IMG/VR virus record: IMGVR_UViG_3300020469_000013
Reading direction: 5' to 3' (one strand)
DNA: 64,000 nucleotides
Source: an uncultured virus (IMG/VR IMGVR_UViG_3300020469_000013)
Taxonomy: Duplodnaviria; Heunggongvirae; Uroviricota; Caudoviricetes; Kyanoviridae
Shown: in pieces, positions 16,676-26,146 of the stretch
Numbering within the stretch: the first letter of the stretch is position 1
Layout: each line of letters begins with the position of its first letter
Notes under the pieces: generated by a model
Database searches by the model: none
Seen by the model: the letters and a program-made list of their open reading frames with translations, nothing else
Told to the model about the DNA's origin: nothing
Translations under genes and position numbers: made by a program

Positions 16676-18801
16676 TGATAGACGCATCGATCCTAGGCAA
16701 CAGTCAATTTTTAGGTAGAGACGGATTCCGTTGGTGGGTCGGTCAGATACCCCCTGTTGATTCACAGGAAGATCAAGTAGCAAAAGGAGAGGGAATAGGA
16801 AATAGATATAAGGTTCGTATCATGGGGTATCATCCTTTCAATGAGGATATCCCTAACGATCAACTTCCATATGCACAGGTCTTATTACCTGTAACATCTG
16901 GTAGTGGTGGAGCACAATTTGCCCAATCAGTTAAGTTGCAGCAAGGTGATACTGTATTTGGATTTTTCTTAGATGGTGATGCTGCTCAAATACCATTAAT
17001 TATTGGTCATTTTGGTAGAACATCACTGGTTAATAATGCTGATTATAGTACACCATTCTCACCTTTTACAGGATTCACTGAATATACACCTACTAATGCT
17101 AGAAATCCAATAAGCGAAGGAAACGAAGATAGTAAATTTTCACAGACACCACCAAGTAGTTCTACTAATTCTAGATTATTAGATTCAGCAGGTGGTGGAA
17201 TCAAGGTACAAGTTGCTGATACTTGTAAAAGCAATCCTATCTCAGAGATGGCAAATACTGTCGAAAATTTAGGGTTAAAAGTTAAGCAGTTATCTTTAGC
17301 TGGTGCCAGTTTACAGAATGAAATTAGATCTGCTTCTGATCTTATTGAGGTTCAGGCAAATAAATTTGTTGGTACCATGTTTACCAAACTCTTTGATAAA
17401 ATAGAGGGTCTTGGTGCTCAAGGATTAGAAAAATTATATCAAAAAATTTACCGAATAGTATTTGCAGTAACAAAATCTAGTACTGCTGCTCACAGAGCAG
17501 GAGTTGCAGGACAAACTGCTATGGTTCCTCCTACAGCATTCTTACAAGAGTCTATTGGTTGTGTTGCTTCTAAAGTAGTTGAAGGATTGGGTGGTACAAT
17601 TGAAGATTTATTGAAAGGATTTATAGATGAAGGAAGAGATTATGCTGGATGTATGGGTGCTCAGTTTACTGGTGCATTTTTAAATACAATTACGGATAGT
17701 ATTGATAATTTAATGTCAGGTCCGTTATCTACAGTAGCAAAAATTATCGCACCAGGATTTAAGGTGGGAGACTTTTTAACAAGTGCTGCTGGTAACATTG
17801 AGGATATTGCTTCATTCCTTGATTGTAATCAAACTAATAACGGTAAGTGTCCATCAGATAAGCAATATGTTGTAGGTGGTAGTAGTGAAGAGAAAGGAGA
17901 CGATCCTTTTGCATATGTTATGAATGCAATGAATATATCTAAGGGTGCTGCTGATCTAACTAATGCTTTTGAACAGAAATGGGGTAAGTGGGATATCTTT
18001 GGTGACGGTAGTTTATTGGAAGATACTGGTAGTGGTACTATTCCTGGCGGTTGTTATGGTGGGGAGAAAAAGAATTGTACAGGACCATATATTGAGATAT
18101 TTGGTGGTGGTGGATCTGGTGGTATTGCCAAACCTCTTCTTGGATATTTTGTAGATAATACACCTGGATTAAGAAAATTAGTTGGTGGAGTAAAACGAAC
18201 TGCAAGTATTTTAGGTGCTACAATCTCAACACCTGGTTCTGGATATCGTTATCCTCCTATAGTTAATTTTAGAGACAAATGTGATATAGGATATGGTGCT
18301 GTTGGTCATGCTATTCTTAATGATGAGGGTGGTATAAAAGCTATTGTTATGGATTCTATTGGAGAAAATTATCCTGCACAGGTAGATGATGATACACCAG
18401 TTCAATTAGGAATTACTACGATTCAAGTAGAAACTGGTGGATCAGGATATCAACCAGGAGATGTTATTGTACTTCCTGGCATTAGTACATCTGGTAATGT
18501 ATTCATAGATACTCCCACTGCAGTCGATGTTAGTTTCCCAGATGGAACTCCAGTAGGAGTATCTACATTTGTTACTGGACCTGGATTTGGTAAGACTACA
18601 CCAATATATGAACCTATCATAGATCCTACTACTGGTAGTATTACTCAGGTTAAGGTTCTAAATATATTGAGGTTTGATGAAGCACTTCCTACAATTATAG
18701 TTAAGAGTAAGACTGGTAATGGTGCTAAATTAAGACCCTTATTTGGCAATATTCCAACTGATACTCAGGTTGGTATTATTTCTGCAATCGACTGTATCTA
18801 A
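16675..18801 (+). CDS. gp5: Baseplate hub/spike gp5 (N-terminal OB-fold part)
   Basis: GRDGFRWWVGQ, RYKVRIMGYH, LPYAQVLLP, GDTVFGFFLDG..AQ.P.IIG. Confidence 0.8.
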   Translation: MIDASILGNSQFLGRDGFRWWVGQIPPVDSQEDQVAKGEGIGNRYKVRIMGYHPFNEDIPNDQLPYAQVLLPVTSGSGGAQFAQSVKLQQGDTVFGFFLDGDAAQIPLIIGHFGRTSLVNNADYSTPFSPFTGFTEYTPTNARNPISEGNEDSKFSQTPPSSSTNSRLLDSAGGGIKVQVADTCKSNPISEMANTVENLGLKVKQLSLAGASLQNEIRSASDLIEVQANKFVGTMFTKLFDKIEGLGAQGLEKLYQKIYRIVFAVTKSSTAAHRAGVAGQTAMVPPTAFLQESIGCVASKVVEGLGGTIEDLLKGFIDEGRDYAGCMGAQFTGAFLNTITDSIDNLMSGPLSTVAKIIAPGFKVGDFLTSAAGNIEDIASFLDCNQTNNGKCPSDKQYVVGGSSEEKGDDPFAYVMNAMNISKGAADLTNAFEQKWGKWDIFGDGSLLEDTGSGTIPGGCYGGEKKNCTGPYIEIFGGGGSGGIAKPLLGYFVDNTPGLRKLVGGVKRTASILGATISTPGSGYRYPPIVNFRDKCDIGYGAVGHAILNDEGGIKAIVMDSIGENYPAQVDDDTPVQLGITTIQVETGGSGYQPGDVIVLPGISTSGNVFIDTPTAVDVSFPDGTPVGVSTFVTGPGFGKTTPIYEPIIDPTTGSITQVKVLNILRFDEALPTIIVKSKTGNGAKLRPLFGNIPTDTQVGIISAIDCI

Positions 18802-19820
18802 TGGCTGCACAACAAAAAAATTATAACAGAAGAGTCATTGACTGTAGAGGTCCACATTTCAGGATTGATAGTGGACATCCTCAAGTTGGTGCTAGTGGTG
18901 CAGAAGTTTTTAAAATATATGCTACCAATGATAATGATGATGTATTTTTGATCGATCATACTCAAGGTGGATTATCTAGAATTACTACTGACAAAGTATT
19001 AGAGATTCGTGCTGGTGATAAAAATTCACCACAAAAAATTGATATTAGAGTAAGTGCTGCTAGTGGAAATATTGCTATTAATGCTGATAATGGTTCGGTA
19101 AATGTGGCAGCTAAAAATATTATGGTCAAAGCATCTCAAGATCTTGATTTAAACGCAGGAAGAAATGTTAACATTAGTGCAGGATCTGGTAGAGTTCATT
19201 TAAAAGCAAATACTTGTTCTGCAACAGGAAAGAGAGGTAATTTAATACATAAAACTTTTGGTCTTACTATGTTTGCAGGTTCTTATGTTCCTAACAATAT
19301 TCTTCAAGCAGCATTTGGTGCTGATGCTTCAATTACTACATTGACTAAGGGTAAAGGTGCATTCTCATCTATGCTTAGTGGTGGATTTGGAGGATCGATT
19401 GCTGACTCTGTATTATCTGAAACTGGACTTGGTGGTGCATTAGGTGGACAACTTACTGACGAGTTAGGAGGACTGTTCTCTGCTGCATCAGATTCATTAC
19501 CTGGTTTAACTGATAAACTTGGAGGTTTGACTGATAAACTTGGAGGACAATTACCAGGTATTACTGATAAATTGGGAGGTTTGACTGATAAACTAGGAGG
19601 ACAACTACCAGGTATTACTGGTAAACTTGGAGATTTAGCGAGTGCTAAATTACCTGGCGGTTTAGATAAGTTAACTAATTTATCAAAAGGACAACTAAGT
19701 AATCTAACTAACAAATTAGGTAACTTTGATAGCAGTAAGATTACTGGTGCTATTGAAGGTGGTTTAGGGAATGTAAGTAGTAGTATAGATAATCTAACTG
19801 ATAAACTAGGAGAGAAATAA
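18801..19820 (+). CDS. gp5 C-terminal-like beta-helix protein with repetitive helical tail
   Basis: I.A..GNI.I.A.NG.V...AKNI...A..DL.L.AGRNV beta-helix repeats. Confidence 0.6.
   Translation: MAAQQKNYNRRVIDCRGPHFRIDSGHPQVGASGAEVFKIYATNDNDDVFLIDHTQGGLSRITTDKVLEIRAGDKNSPQKIDIRVSAASGNIAINADNGSVNVAAKNIMVKASQDLDLNAGRNVNISAGSGRVHLKANTCSATGKRGNLIHKTFGLTMFAGSYVPNNILQAAFGADASITTLTKGKGAFSSMLSGGFGGSIADSVLSETGLGGALGGQLTDELGGLFSAASDSLPGLTDKLGGLTDKLGGQLPGITDKLGGLTDKLGGQLPGITGKLGDLASAKLPGGLDKLTNLSKGQLSNLTNKLGNFDSSKITGAIEGGLGNVSSSIDNLTDKLGEK
19497..19632 (+). repeat. Coding tandem repeat, about 2.5 x 54 bp (LPGxTDKLGGLTDKLGGQ)
   Basis: Repeated CTGATAAACTTGGAGG units visible in DNA and protein. Confidence 0.85.
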
Positions 19821-20113
19821 TGGGAATGAGTAAAGCCAAGGATGGCTCAGAGAAAACCATACTTGGTGGTTCAGTTGAGTTTCCTGATGAGACCAATTTT
19901 CTTTCTGATACAAAATTTGAGGGTGATCTCAATGTTGAGGGTAATCTAAATGTATCTGGTAAAGCTACCATAACTGGTGATATGATTGTAGAGGGATCAT
20001 TAGAGGTACAAGGAACTTTAAAAATAAAAGTAGGTGGTCAGACATTTACTATATCTGGAAGTAAATTAGGTAACGCACTTACAGCTGCAGATACAGTGTT
20101 GACAGTTTCATAG
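19820..20113 (+). CDS. Short beta-helix structural protein
   Basis: FEGDLNVEGNLNVSGKATITGDMIVEGSLEVQG 6-residue repeats. Confidence 0.65.
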   Translation: MGMSKAKDGSEKTILGGSVEFPDETNFLSDTKFEGDLNVEGNLNVSGKATITGDMIVEGSLEVQGTLKIKVGGQTFTISGSKLGNALTAADTVLTVS

Positions 20114-20217
20114 TAATGATTCGTTGTTTAATTAAAAATCCACTTGTTCAGATCAATGTCATGTTGATCGGATTTTTTATAATGGTAGAGACAATGCATG
20201 TTAATTATCATAGGGGG

Positions 20218-20246
20218 TTGACAACCTGTGAGGAGTCTGTTATTAT
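20218..20246 (+). promoter_or_regulatory. Sigma70 promoter for the ncRNA / talC operon
   Basis: TTGACA, 17 nt, TATTAT. Confidence 0.7.
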
Positions 20247-20267
20247 ACAAGAGTTGGACGCAACATC

Positions 20268-20432
20268 GGGAGTGACTGAATAAACTTACTGGCATACTGC
20301 TGGTTAAGGTGATGAGACACAGGTGGTGCTGCTGCGAAAGCAGAATCGACTTACCAGTCGGGTCTCAGGCAAGAATGTATTTACTCTGTAGTAATGCCCA
20401 TTCTTTGTTGGTATACAGGAACCCAACCTCCC
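20268..20432 (+). ncRNA. Structured RNA resembling the manA RNA motif
   Basis: GGGAG/CTCCC closing stem; GTGACTGAATAAAC, GAGACACAGGTGGTGCTGC, CTGC-GAAA-GCAG hairpin, CTGGT/ACCAG, GAGAC/GTCTC, GTTGG/CCAAC pairings; matches my recollection of manA RNA. Confidence 0.7.
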
Positions 20433-20504
20433 TCCTTTTTTTAAAGACCTAAGATGCAACTACTAAGTGGGGCAGATGGTCTTTTTTTATTTTAATGATT
20501 TATT

Positions 20505-20702
20505 ATGACCGAAGAATTTGTCGAAAAAGTTGTTGTAGATGTATGCTCTCGTAGAGTATGCTGCGTCTCTAGTAAGGGAGAGAGAAGAGTACTTGAAAAC
20601 GAAACTTATGCAGAATTTATGAATGTGTTGAATTTTATTAAATCGACTTTAGATGAAGATGAGATCGTATATACAGAAATTTTAGTAGATGAACACAAAT
20701 AA
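20505..20702 (+). CDS. Conserved cyanophage hypothetical protein
   Basis: EFVEKVVVDVCSR...SSKG...EFMNVL.F. Confidence 0.7.
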   Translation: MTEEFVEKVVVDVCSRRVCCVSSKGERRVLENETYAEFMNVLNFIKSTLDEDEIVYTEILVDEHK

Positions 20703-20919
20703 ACTTATAATCTCTGCTAGAATGGTAGGGACATATGGTATAATATTAGGATATTTTATAACATTACATGTCAGCACTTATCTTGGTGCTTGCTTCAATG
20801 TTGTATTTGAACTACTCGCTTTACCATTCTATATAAAGAACAAAATGTGGGATGTGGTAATCATGTTCATCTTCCTATTAACAATAGGATTCAGTAAAAT
20901 TGCTTTAGGAACTACTTAA
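20689..20919 (+). CDS. Small membrane protein
   Basis: Three hydrophobic segments; LPFYIKNKMWDVVIM. Confidence 0.7.
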   Translation: MNTNKLIISARMVGTYGIILGYFITLHVSTYLGACFNVVFELLALPFYIKNKMWDVVIMFIFLLTIGFSKIALGTT

Positions 20920-21575
20920 TGAAAATCTTTTTAGATACTGCGGATACAGAAACGATTAGAAAGTATTACGCTACTGGACTTATTGACGGTGTAACTACAA
21001 ATCCAACTCTTATCATGAAGAGTGGTCGTGATCCAGAAGAGGTATATCAAGAACTCATAGACATGGGGATACCTGATATAAGTATGGAAGTTGTTGGTGA
21101 CACTCATGAAATGTATTATGAAGCTAAGAGACTGATTGAAAAGTTTGGAAAAGAACATGCTACTATTAAAGTTCCTTGTACACCCGATGGACTAGCAGTA
21201 TGTAAGGAATTGTCAGCAAAACTGATTAGAGTAAATGTGACATTAATATTTGATGAAGCACAAGCAATATTGTCAGCAAAAGCAGGTGCAAGATATGTTT
21301 CTCCTTTTGTAGGTAGACTTGATGACAATTCAATTGCTGGATTAGATCTAATTCAAAGAATATCTAAGATATATAATGTTCAGAACATAAAAGGCACTGA
21401 GATTCTTTCCGCTTCTATTAGATATGTGAATAGTGTATCTCAATCATTTGCTAATGGTGCTCATGTAGTTACAATGCCACCTGCAGTATTTGATAAGATG
21501 TACAACCATGTACTAACAGATAAAGGATTACAGTTGTTTGATGCAGACTGGAAATCGGTACAGGAGAATGTCTAG
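20919..21575 (+). CDS. talC: Transaldolase (TalC/FSA family)
   Basis: IFLDTAD, GVTTNPTLI, TIKVP, VNVTLIF, YVSPFVGRLDD, ILSASIR. Confidence 0.95.
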   Translation: MKIFLDTADTETIRKYYATGLIDGVTTNPTLIMKSGRDPEEVYQELIDMGIPDISMEVVGDTHEMYYEAKRLIEKFGKEHATIKVPCTPDGLAVCKELSAKLIRVNVTLIFDEAQAILSAKAGARYVSPFVGRLDDNSIAGLDLIQRISKIYNVQNIKGTEILSASIRYVNSVSQSFANGAHVVTMPPAVFDKMYNHVLTDKGLQLFDADWKSVQENV

Positions 21576-21765
21576 AGACGATCACCCCGACATAGACTTA
21601 GATGCTAAAAAGCATCCTGAGGACTATTTTACCATCACAGCAGATGGATTCGTTTGGCCATTAGTAAATGGCAATGTAGGTGCTGATGAACCTATCTTTC
21701 ATAAGTCTGAATTAGATGAAGTGTTGGATAGGATGTATAAGACTAACAACAATGAAGGTTCTTGA
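21568..21765 (+). CDS. Hypothetical protein
   Basis: ATG 21568 with GGAG SD; ORF track. Confidence 0.55.
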   Translation: MSRDDHPDIDLDAKKHPEDYFTITADGFVWPLVNGNVGADEPIFHKSELDEVLDRMYKTNNNEGS

Positions 21766-22249
21766 TAACTTTTTACCCAAGGAAGAACATGAAAGAGTAG
21801 TATTTTTACTCCAAAATATTATTCCTTGGTTTTATAATGATCATGTAGTTAATCCCGAAGATCAATCAGATCCAATAAAATATCAAATGGTGAGTCCTAT
21901 ATGGGCATGGGGTAAATTTCATAATAAAATTTGTCTTACTCCAGAACTTGCTAGTTATTTTGAGAGGGCATTAAACATAAGATCTTGGGTAAGAATCAAA
22001 GCAAATTTTAATATTAAAAATGCAAAAATTATAGAACAAGATTTGCATACTGATGGTAATTTTGGTGACTATACTGCTGTATATTATGCTAATACTTGCA
22101 ACGGATATACATACTTCAAGAATGGGAAAAAAGTTGAAAGTGTTGCTAATCGCATGGTAATTTTTCCTAGAGAAACTATGCATAGTGGAACCACATCAAC
22201 TGATTCCTACAGACAAGTTATTAATTTTAATTATTACGGACATGATTAG
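21752..22249 (+). CDS. 2OG-Fe(II) oxygenase
   Basis: MKVLDNFL, RIKAN, HTD, TAVYY.NTCNGYT.F, SVANRMVIF...HSGT. Confidence 0.8.
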   Translation: MKVLDNFLPKEEHERVVFLLQNIIPWFYNDHVVNPEDQSDPIKYQMVSPIWAWGKFHNKICLTPELASYFERALNIRSWVRIKANFNIKNAKIIEQDLHTDGNFGDYTAVYYANTCNGYTYFKNGKKVESVANRMVIFPRETMHSGTTSTDSYRQVINFNYYGHD

Positions 22250-23114
22250 ATTCGGTGGTGCTCAAATTCCTGTAGGAACTAACATACAGGTTAACAAAAA
22301 AGAAATCTTTAAAGCTATTGATTGGGCGAAAGAAAACAAAGTCGATCATCTTTTAACACCAGAAGCTGCTTTATCAGGGTGGGAGAATAGTTGGGTTGAA
22401 AGATTAGATGAATTAAAGGATGCTTTAAAAGAAGTTGAGGAATATCAAAAAAAATCTGGTATATATTTACACTTAGGTACTAATTTTATAGAACCTGAAA
22501 TGAAGGGGAATATCTTTAGAAATGAGATTAGACATTATAATCCTGATGGTATATTGAGAGGTGCTACTTATAAGACTCTTACTGTTGATATGGAAGCAGC
22601 TTTAGGTAGAGATCCACACTTAGATGCATTTACTTTCATTGATCTCGATAAAGAAAATGGGAAACATTGTCTTGGTGCTGGATTGATATGTAATGATATG
22701 TGGGGATATGGAGAAGATCCTGTTTCTAATAAAGCAATAACTACTTTATATAAAGAATTGGGAGGAATTGATGTAATGTTACATGCAACTAATGGGGCAA
22801 AAACTGATCAAAAAAATCCATCATGGTTAGTATTTGAAAAATGGCATGATGCATTTCTTAGAATGTCTGCATGGAATACAATGATTCCTATTCTTACAGT
22901 TGATGCTTGTACTGATTGGCAATGGGATGGAAATGAAGAAGAAGTAGAGAAATACACTACATCTAGTGAGAGTGGATGGATTAATCATAAGGGATGGCAG
23001 ACTCAAGTGCCTAGAAGAGGTCGTCAGTATTTTACATATGATTATGAACCACCAGTGCGTACCGTATTAAATGATAAACATATTGATATAGGTGGTAGAT
23101 TGTATAAAAAATGA
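22242..23114 (+). CDS. Carbon-nitrogen hydrolase (nitrilase superfamily)
   Basis: AQIPV, LLTPEAALSG (Glu), TYK (Lys), GLICNDMW (Cys) triad. Confidence 0.75.
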   Translation: MIRFGGAQIPVGTNIQVNKKEIFKAIDWAKENKVDHLLTPEAALSGWENSWVERLDELKDALKEVEEYQKKSGIYLHLGTNFIEPEMKGNIFRNEIRHYNPDGILRGATYKTLTVDMEAALGRDPHLDAFTFIDLDKENGKHCLGAGLICNDMWGYGEDPVSNKAITTLYKELGGIDVMLHATNGAKTDQKNPSWLVFEKWHDAFLRMSAWNTMIPILTVDACTDWQWDGNEEEVEKYTTSSESGWINHKGWQTQVPRRGRQYFTYDYEPPVRTVLNDKHIDIGGRLYKK

Positions 23115-23159
23115 CAAAGTACAAATGCCTAAATAGAGAGGCTTAAAGCACTAATTCCA

Positions 23160-23654
23160 ATGAAAAGGATTTTACCTTTAATAATGCTTTTGATGAGTGC
23201 TCCGCTTGCAGCGAGAGCCGATATTACATCTCGATTTGCATCCAGTGTACAATTGAGCGTGGGAGGTGCCCATACTTCTGCTGAAAGAATAGGGTCATCT
23301 TTTGCGATTTCTGGTAGTAATATTGATACAACTGATGGTACGACTACTTCAACTGTTAGTGCTGGTACAATCACTGCTGGTGTATATTCTCCAGGAACGA
23401 TTGCAGCAACACAAGACACAGCAGGCTCAGCATTCAGCTTTAGCCAGTCATACACAGCAGCCGATGCTGTTCCAACTGCAGCTCCTACTGTGGGTAACGC
23501 TGTTAACTTTGGTAATATTAGTAGTACTGCTGGTGGCACTGTTGGCAGCTTAGCAGGTCAAACATCTAGTGCTCACACATTTAGTAGTGTAGCAGCAGGT
23601 GGAGCTAATACTTCAGCTACGACTCAGTTTGTAACCGAGGTAACCGTGAGATAG
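23160..23654 (+). CDS. Secreted Ser/Thr/Ala-rich protein
   Basis: Signal peptide MKRILPLIMLLMSAPLAARA; GSAFSFSQSY; CTAAATA late-type promoter at about 23129. Confidence 0.75.
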   Translation: MKRILPLIMLLMSAPLAARADITSRFASSVQLSVGGAHTSAERIGSSFAISGSNIDTTDGTTTSTVSAGTITAGVYSPGTIAATQDTAGSAFSFSQSYTAADAVPTAAPTVGNAVNFGNISSTAGGTVGSLAGQTSSAHTFSSVAAGGANTSATTQFVTEVTVR

Positions 23655-23657
23655 GTC

Positions 23658-24128
23658 ATGAAAAGGCTTATAACTATATTAGTTGTATTATTAGGTAGTA
23701 CTGGAACTGCAAGAGCAGTGCCAGTGGTCCCCAATTTTCAGCAAGGCTCTATGACGAGCCATACCGAAACTGAAAGTACAGTGACGGAAACCATAAATTC
23801 CATAGATTATAGGACAGGATGGGAATACTCAGTGACTGGGGTAGGCATCGACAACAATGGTGCGGCTTTAAATCCTCCAACAACTACATCAACAGTAACC
23901 GTCAATCCAAGCGTAGGGACAGGAGACGCAGCCATAACAGGCAGTGTAACTTCTTCGTTCGATGCTTTAGACATGTCAGCACAAAACAATTTTACAATCT
24001 CAAATCCTGGAGCAGCGTTCCAATTTACGCAAAGTTATCAAGGACCTGGGCTAACGAATCAAACAATAATACAGAGAGTGACCACTATCCAAAGCGTCAC
24101 AGATACGACAAGTACATTTACCCAGTGA
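23658..24128 (+). CDS. Secreted Thr-rich protein
   Basis: Signal peptide ending ARA then VPVVPNF; GAAFQFTQSY. Confidence 0.75.
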   Translation: MKRLITILVVLLGSTGTARAVPVVPNFQQGSMTSHTETESTVTETINSIDYRTGWEYSVTGVGIDNNGAALNPPTTTSTVTVNPSVGTGDAAITGSVTSSFDALDMSAQNNFTISNPGAAFQFTQSYQGPGLTNQTIIQRVTTIQSVTDTTSTFTQ

Positions 24129-25147
24129 TAGCAACGCTTTTGGGCGTTAACTATCTGTTACCAATAAAAGCCTTAGCTGAGGGTGTTGGCGGTGTTAGTG
24201 CCACTGCTAATCCAATCGCCAATAGTTCAGGCTCAGTGACCAACCAGGCAATACAAGTTTTACAAGGTCCATATGTAACTAACACCTACGGTGGACAAGT
24301 ATCGTGTCAAAGTACGACTCTTAACATGACACCATACATCCAGTTTGCTGATAGTAGAAAGGATCCTTGGGAAGATTTTTATAACGAACCACAATATAAT
24401 TTGTCAGATACAACTGGTAAAACAGTTACTCAAACAGTAACAGTCAAGAACTATCCTTGGGAGACATGGTACGACACCCGAACCAAAACAGATGGTAGTA
24501 GATGGTTTGACGATGGTGCAGATATGCAAATAAATGTTGATGTACCTGCAGGAGACGGTATACCAGATGCTGTGACTAATGGTAATTTGGATCCAATGTG
24601 GTATAAACCTGTAAGGACTGACATGAGAGCAAACCAGTCGTTCAATGCTGGTCTATCTGCTACATTATCAATACCATTGAACAAGAAAATGCAGAATTTG
24701 TGTAAACAGGCAGCTGAACAGCAAATAGCAATGCAAACTCAATTAGTCTCTAACAAGAGATTAGACTTTGAGATTGCAAGATTAAAAAATTGTGGTGAAT
24801 TAAAAAAAGCAGGAATATTTTTCCATCCTGCTTCTCCTTATCATAGTATATGTGCTGATGTTATGGTAACATCACCTGGCGGTAAGATACTTCCTCATGA
24901 GCATCAGATACCACAACCTAAATGGACACAACCTACTTCTTCTTCACCTTCAGAGGAGGTAACCCTTTCTTCTCCCGATACTGATCCCGAACAATATCGG
25001 ATCGAGACAACTTTGGAGGAGTCTTCCCAAGCATCTTCTGAACTTTCGCAATCGTCTTCTTCACTACAGGTTTCACAACCTTCAGGAGCAGATCTGCTAG
25101 GGGTTTGGCAAATAGGGCAGACGCAGTTGCCACAGTCGCAATTGTAG
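24125..25147 (+). CDS. Secreted hypothetical protein
   Basis: GTG 24125 overlapping the upstream stop; signal-like ALA; ANSSGSVTNQAIQVLQG, RLDFEIARLKNCG. Confidence 0.7.
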   Translation: MIATLLGVNYLLPIKALAEGVGGVSATANPIANSSGSVTNQAIQVLQGPYVTNTYGGQVSCQSTTLNMTPYIQFADSRKDPWEDFYNEPQYNLSDTTGKTVTQTVTVKNYPWETWYDTRTKTDGSRWFDDGADMQINVDVPAGDGIPDAVTNGNLDPMWYKPVRTDMRANQSFNAGLSATLSIPLNKKMQNLCKQAAEQQIAMQTQLVSNKRLDFEIARLKNCGELKKAGIFFHPASPYHSICADVMVTSPGGKILPHEHQIPQPKWTQPTSSSPSEEVTLSSPDTDPEQYRIETTLEESSQASSELSQSSSSLQVSQPSGADLLGVWQIGQTQLPQSQL

Positions 25148-25805
25148 CAGTCGTTGATATCACTGCCATCGATGGCACATACTGTTGCAATGGTGGAACA
25201 TCTTCCCATAATGTCTCACAGATTAGACCATCGGGTGTTAATTTATGACCAGTTACTCTCTCTGTACCGTCTTGATTTAGGTCTCCAATGCGTCTTCCAT
25301 TGATAGGAGGACATTCTATCTCTTCTTTAGGTCTGTCTGTTGGAGGCGGTTCTGGGGTGTTTAGATCAGGGGCAGGTGGTTCTCCAGTATCTACACCAGA
25401 AGCTTCTGGTTCTTCAGTATTAATAGTTTGCCAAGTTAAATCTCTAGCATCATAATCAGGTGGTTGATAATATGGCATACCATTATCACACAACACTACA
25501 TTACCCTTAGGGTCATTATCTACCAGCATTTTATTTTTATTTGCTGGATTTTTTGCGTTTTCTTTATGGACTTTTACACAACCAGGCATATCAACAATAG
25601 GAGTTCCTATTCTTTCAGTAACAGGAACTGCTAACGGTACTGATTGCGGTGGAGTAATCAACCATACACGATTATCTTGTACATAATTATTACCAATACC
25701 TCTCACGCCAGTATAAGGAATGATCCTAACATTGGTGCCATTGATCTGGATGTTAGGTATACTAACACCATCAGTTTCTATGTTGGGTATTTCAAATGGT
25801 TCCAT
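24933..25805 (-). CDS. Pro-rich hypothetical protein with C-terminal hydrophobic anchor
   Basis: IGTPIVDMPGCV, TTATIATVATASAL..KPLADLLLKVVKP. Confidence 0.75.
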   Translation of the reverse strand: MEPFEIPNIETDGVSIPNIQINGTNVRIIPYTGVRGIGNNYVQDNRVWLITPPQSVPLAVPVTERIGTPIVDMPGCVKVHKENAKNPANKNKMLVDNDPKGNVVLCDNGMPYYQPPDYDARDLTWQTINTEEPEASGVDTGEPPAPDLNTPEPPPTDRPKEEIECPPINGRRIGDLNQDGTERVTGHKLTPDGLICETLWEDVPPLQQYVPSMAVISTTATIATVATASALFAKPLADLLLKVVKPVVKKTIAKVQKMLGKTPPKLSRSDIVRDQYREKKGLPPLKVKKK

Positions 25806-25818
25806 AATAACGATTTAT

Positions 25819-26076
25819 TCATTTAGTCGGAATTTGGTTTTTGTAGTCTACAGGTGGTTTTAATCCTTTGACAGGACCAGAAGATTTTGGCCATGCGTTA
25901 ATCAACTGCAAATATACTTCTTCTCTAACTACTTGTCTAATTTGTTCTATTTGTGCATCTTGTCTCTTTTGAGGACCACCTGTTTGTTGGTCAATGACAT
26001 GACCACCACCGACAAATGCACCAGTACCAACTACTGCTACTGCCGTTCCTGTTGATGCTATCTTTTGAAAGTCCAT
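25819..26076 (-). CDS. Hypothetical protein
   Basis: ORF track; hydrophobic N-terminus. Confidence 0.65.
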   Translation of the reverse strand: MDFQKIASTGTAVAVVGTGAFVGGGHVIDQQTGGPQKRQDAQIEQIRQVVREEVYLQLINAWPKSSGPVKGLKPPVDYKNQIPTK

Positions 26077-26146
26077 CTATTTATCGTCACCGATGTATTT
26101 ATCGTTGACTAAATAACTGAAGCAAGTACTTTCTTGAACTTTAGAG

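Noticed and set aside
20116..20283. 55-aa hydrophobic ORF
   Set aside because: Its 3' half overlaps the promoter and the manA-like RNA; coding status unsupported
23819..24124. ORF-track N-terminal extension of the 442-aa ORF
   Set aside because: It overlaps gene 23658..24128 out of frame; GTG 24125 gives a signal peptide and stop-start coupling
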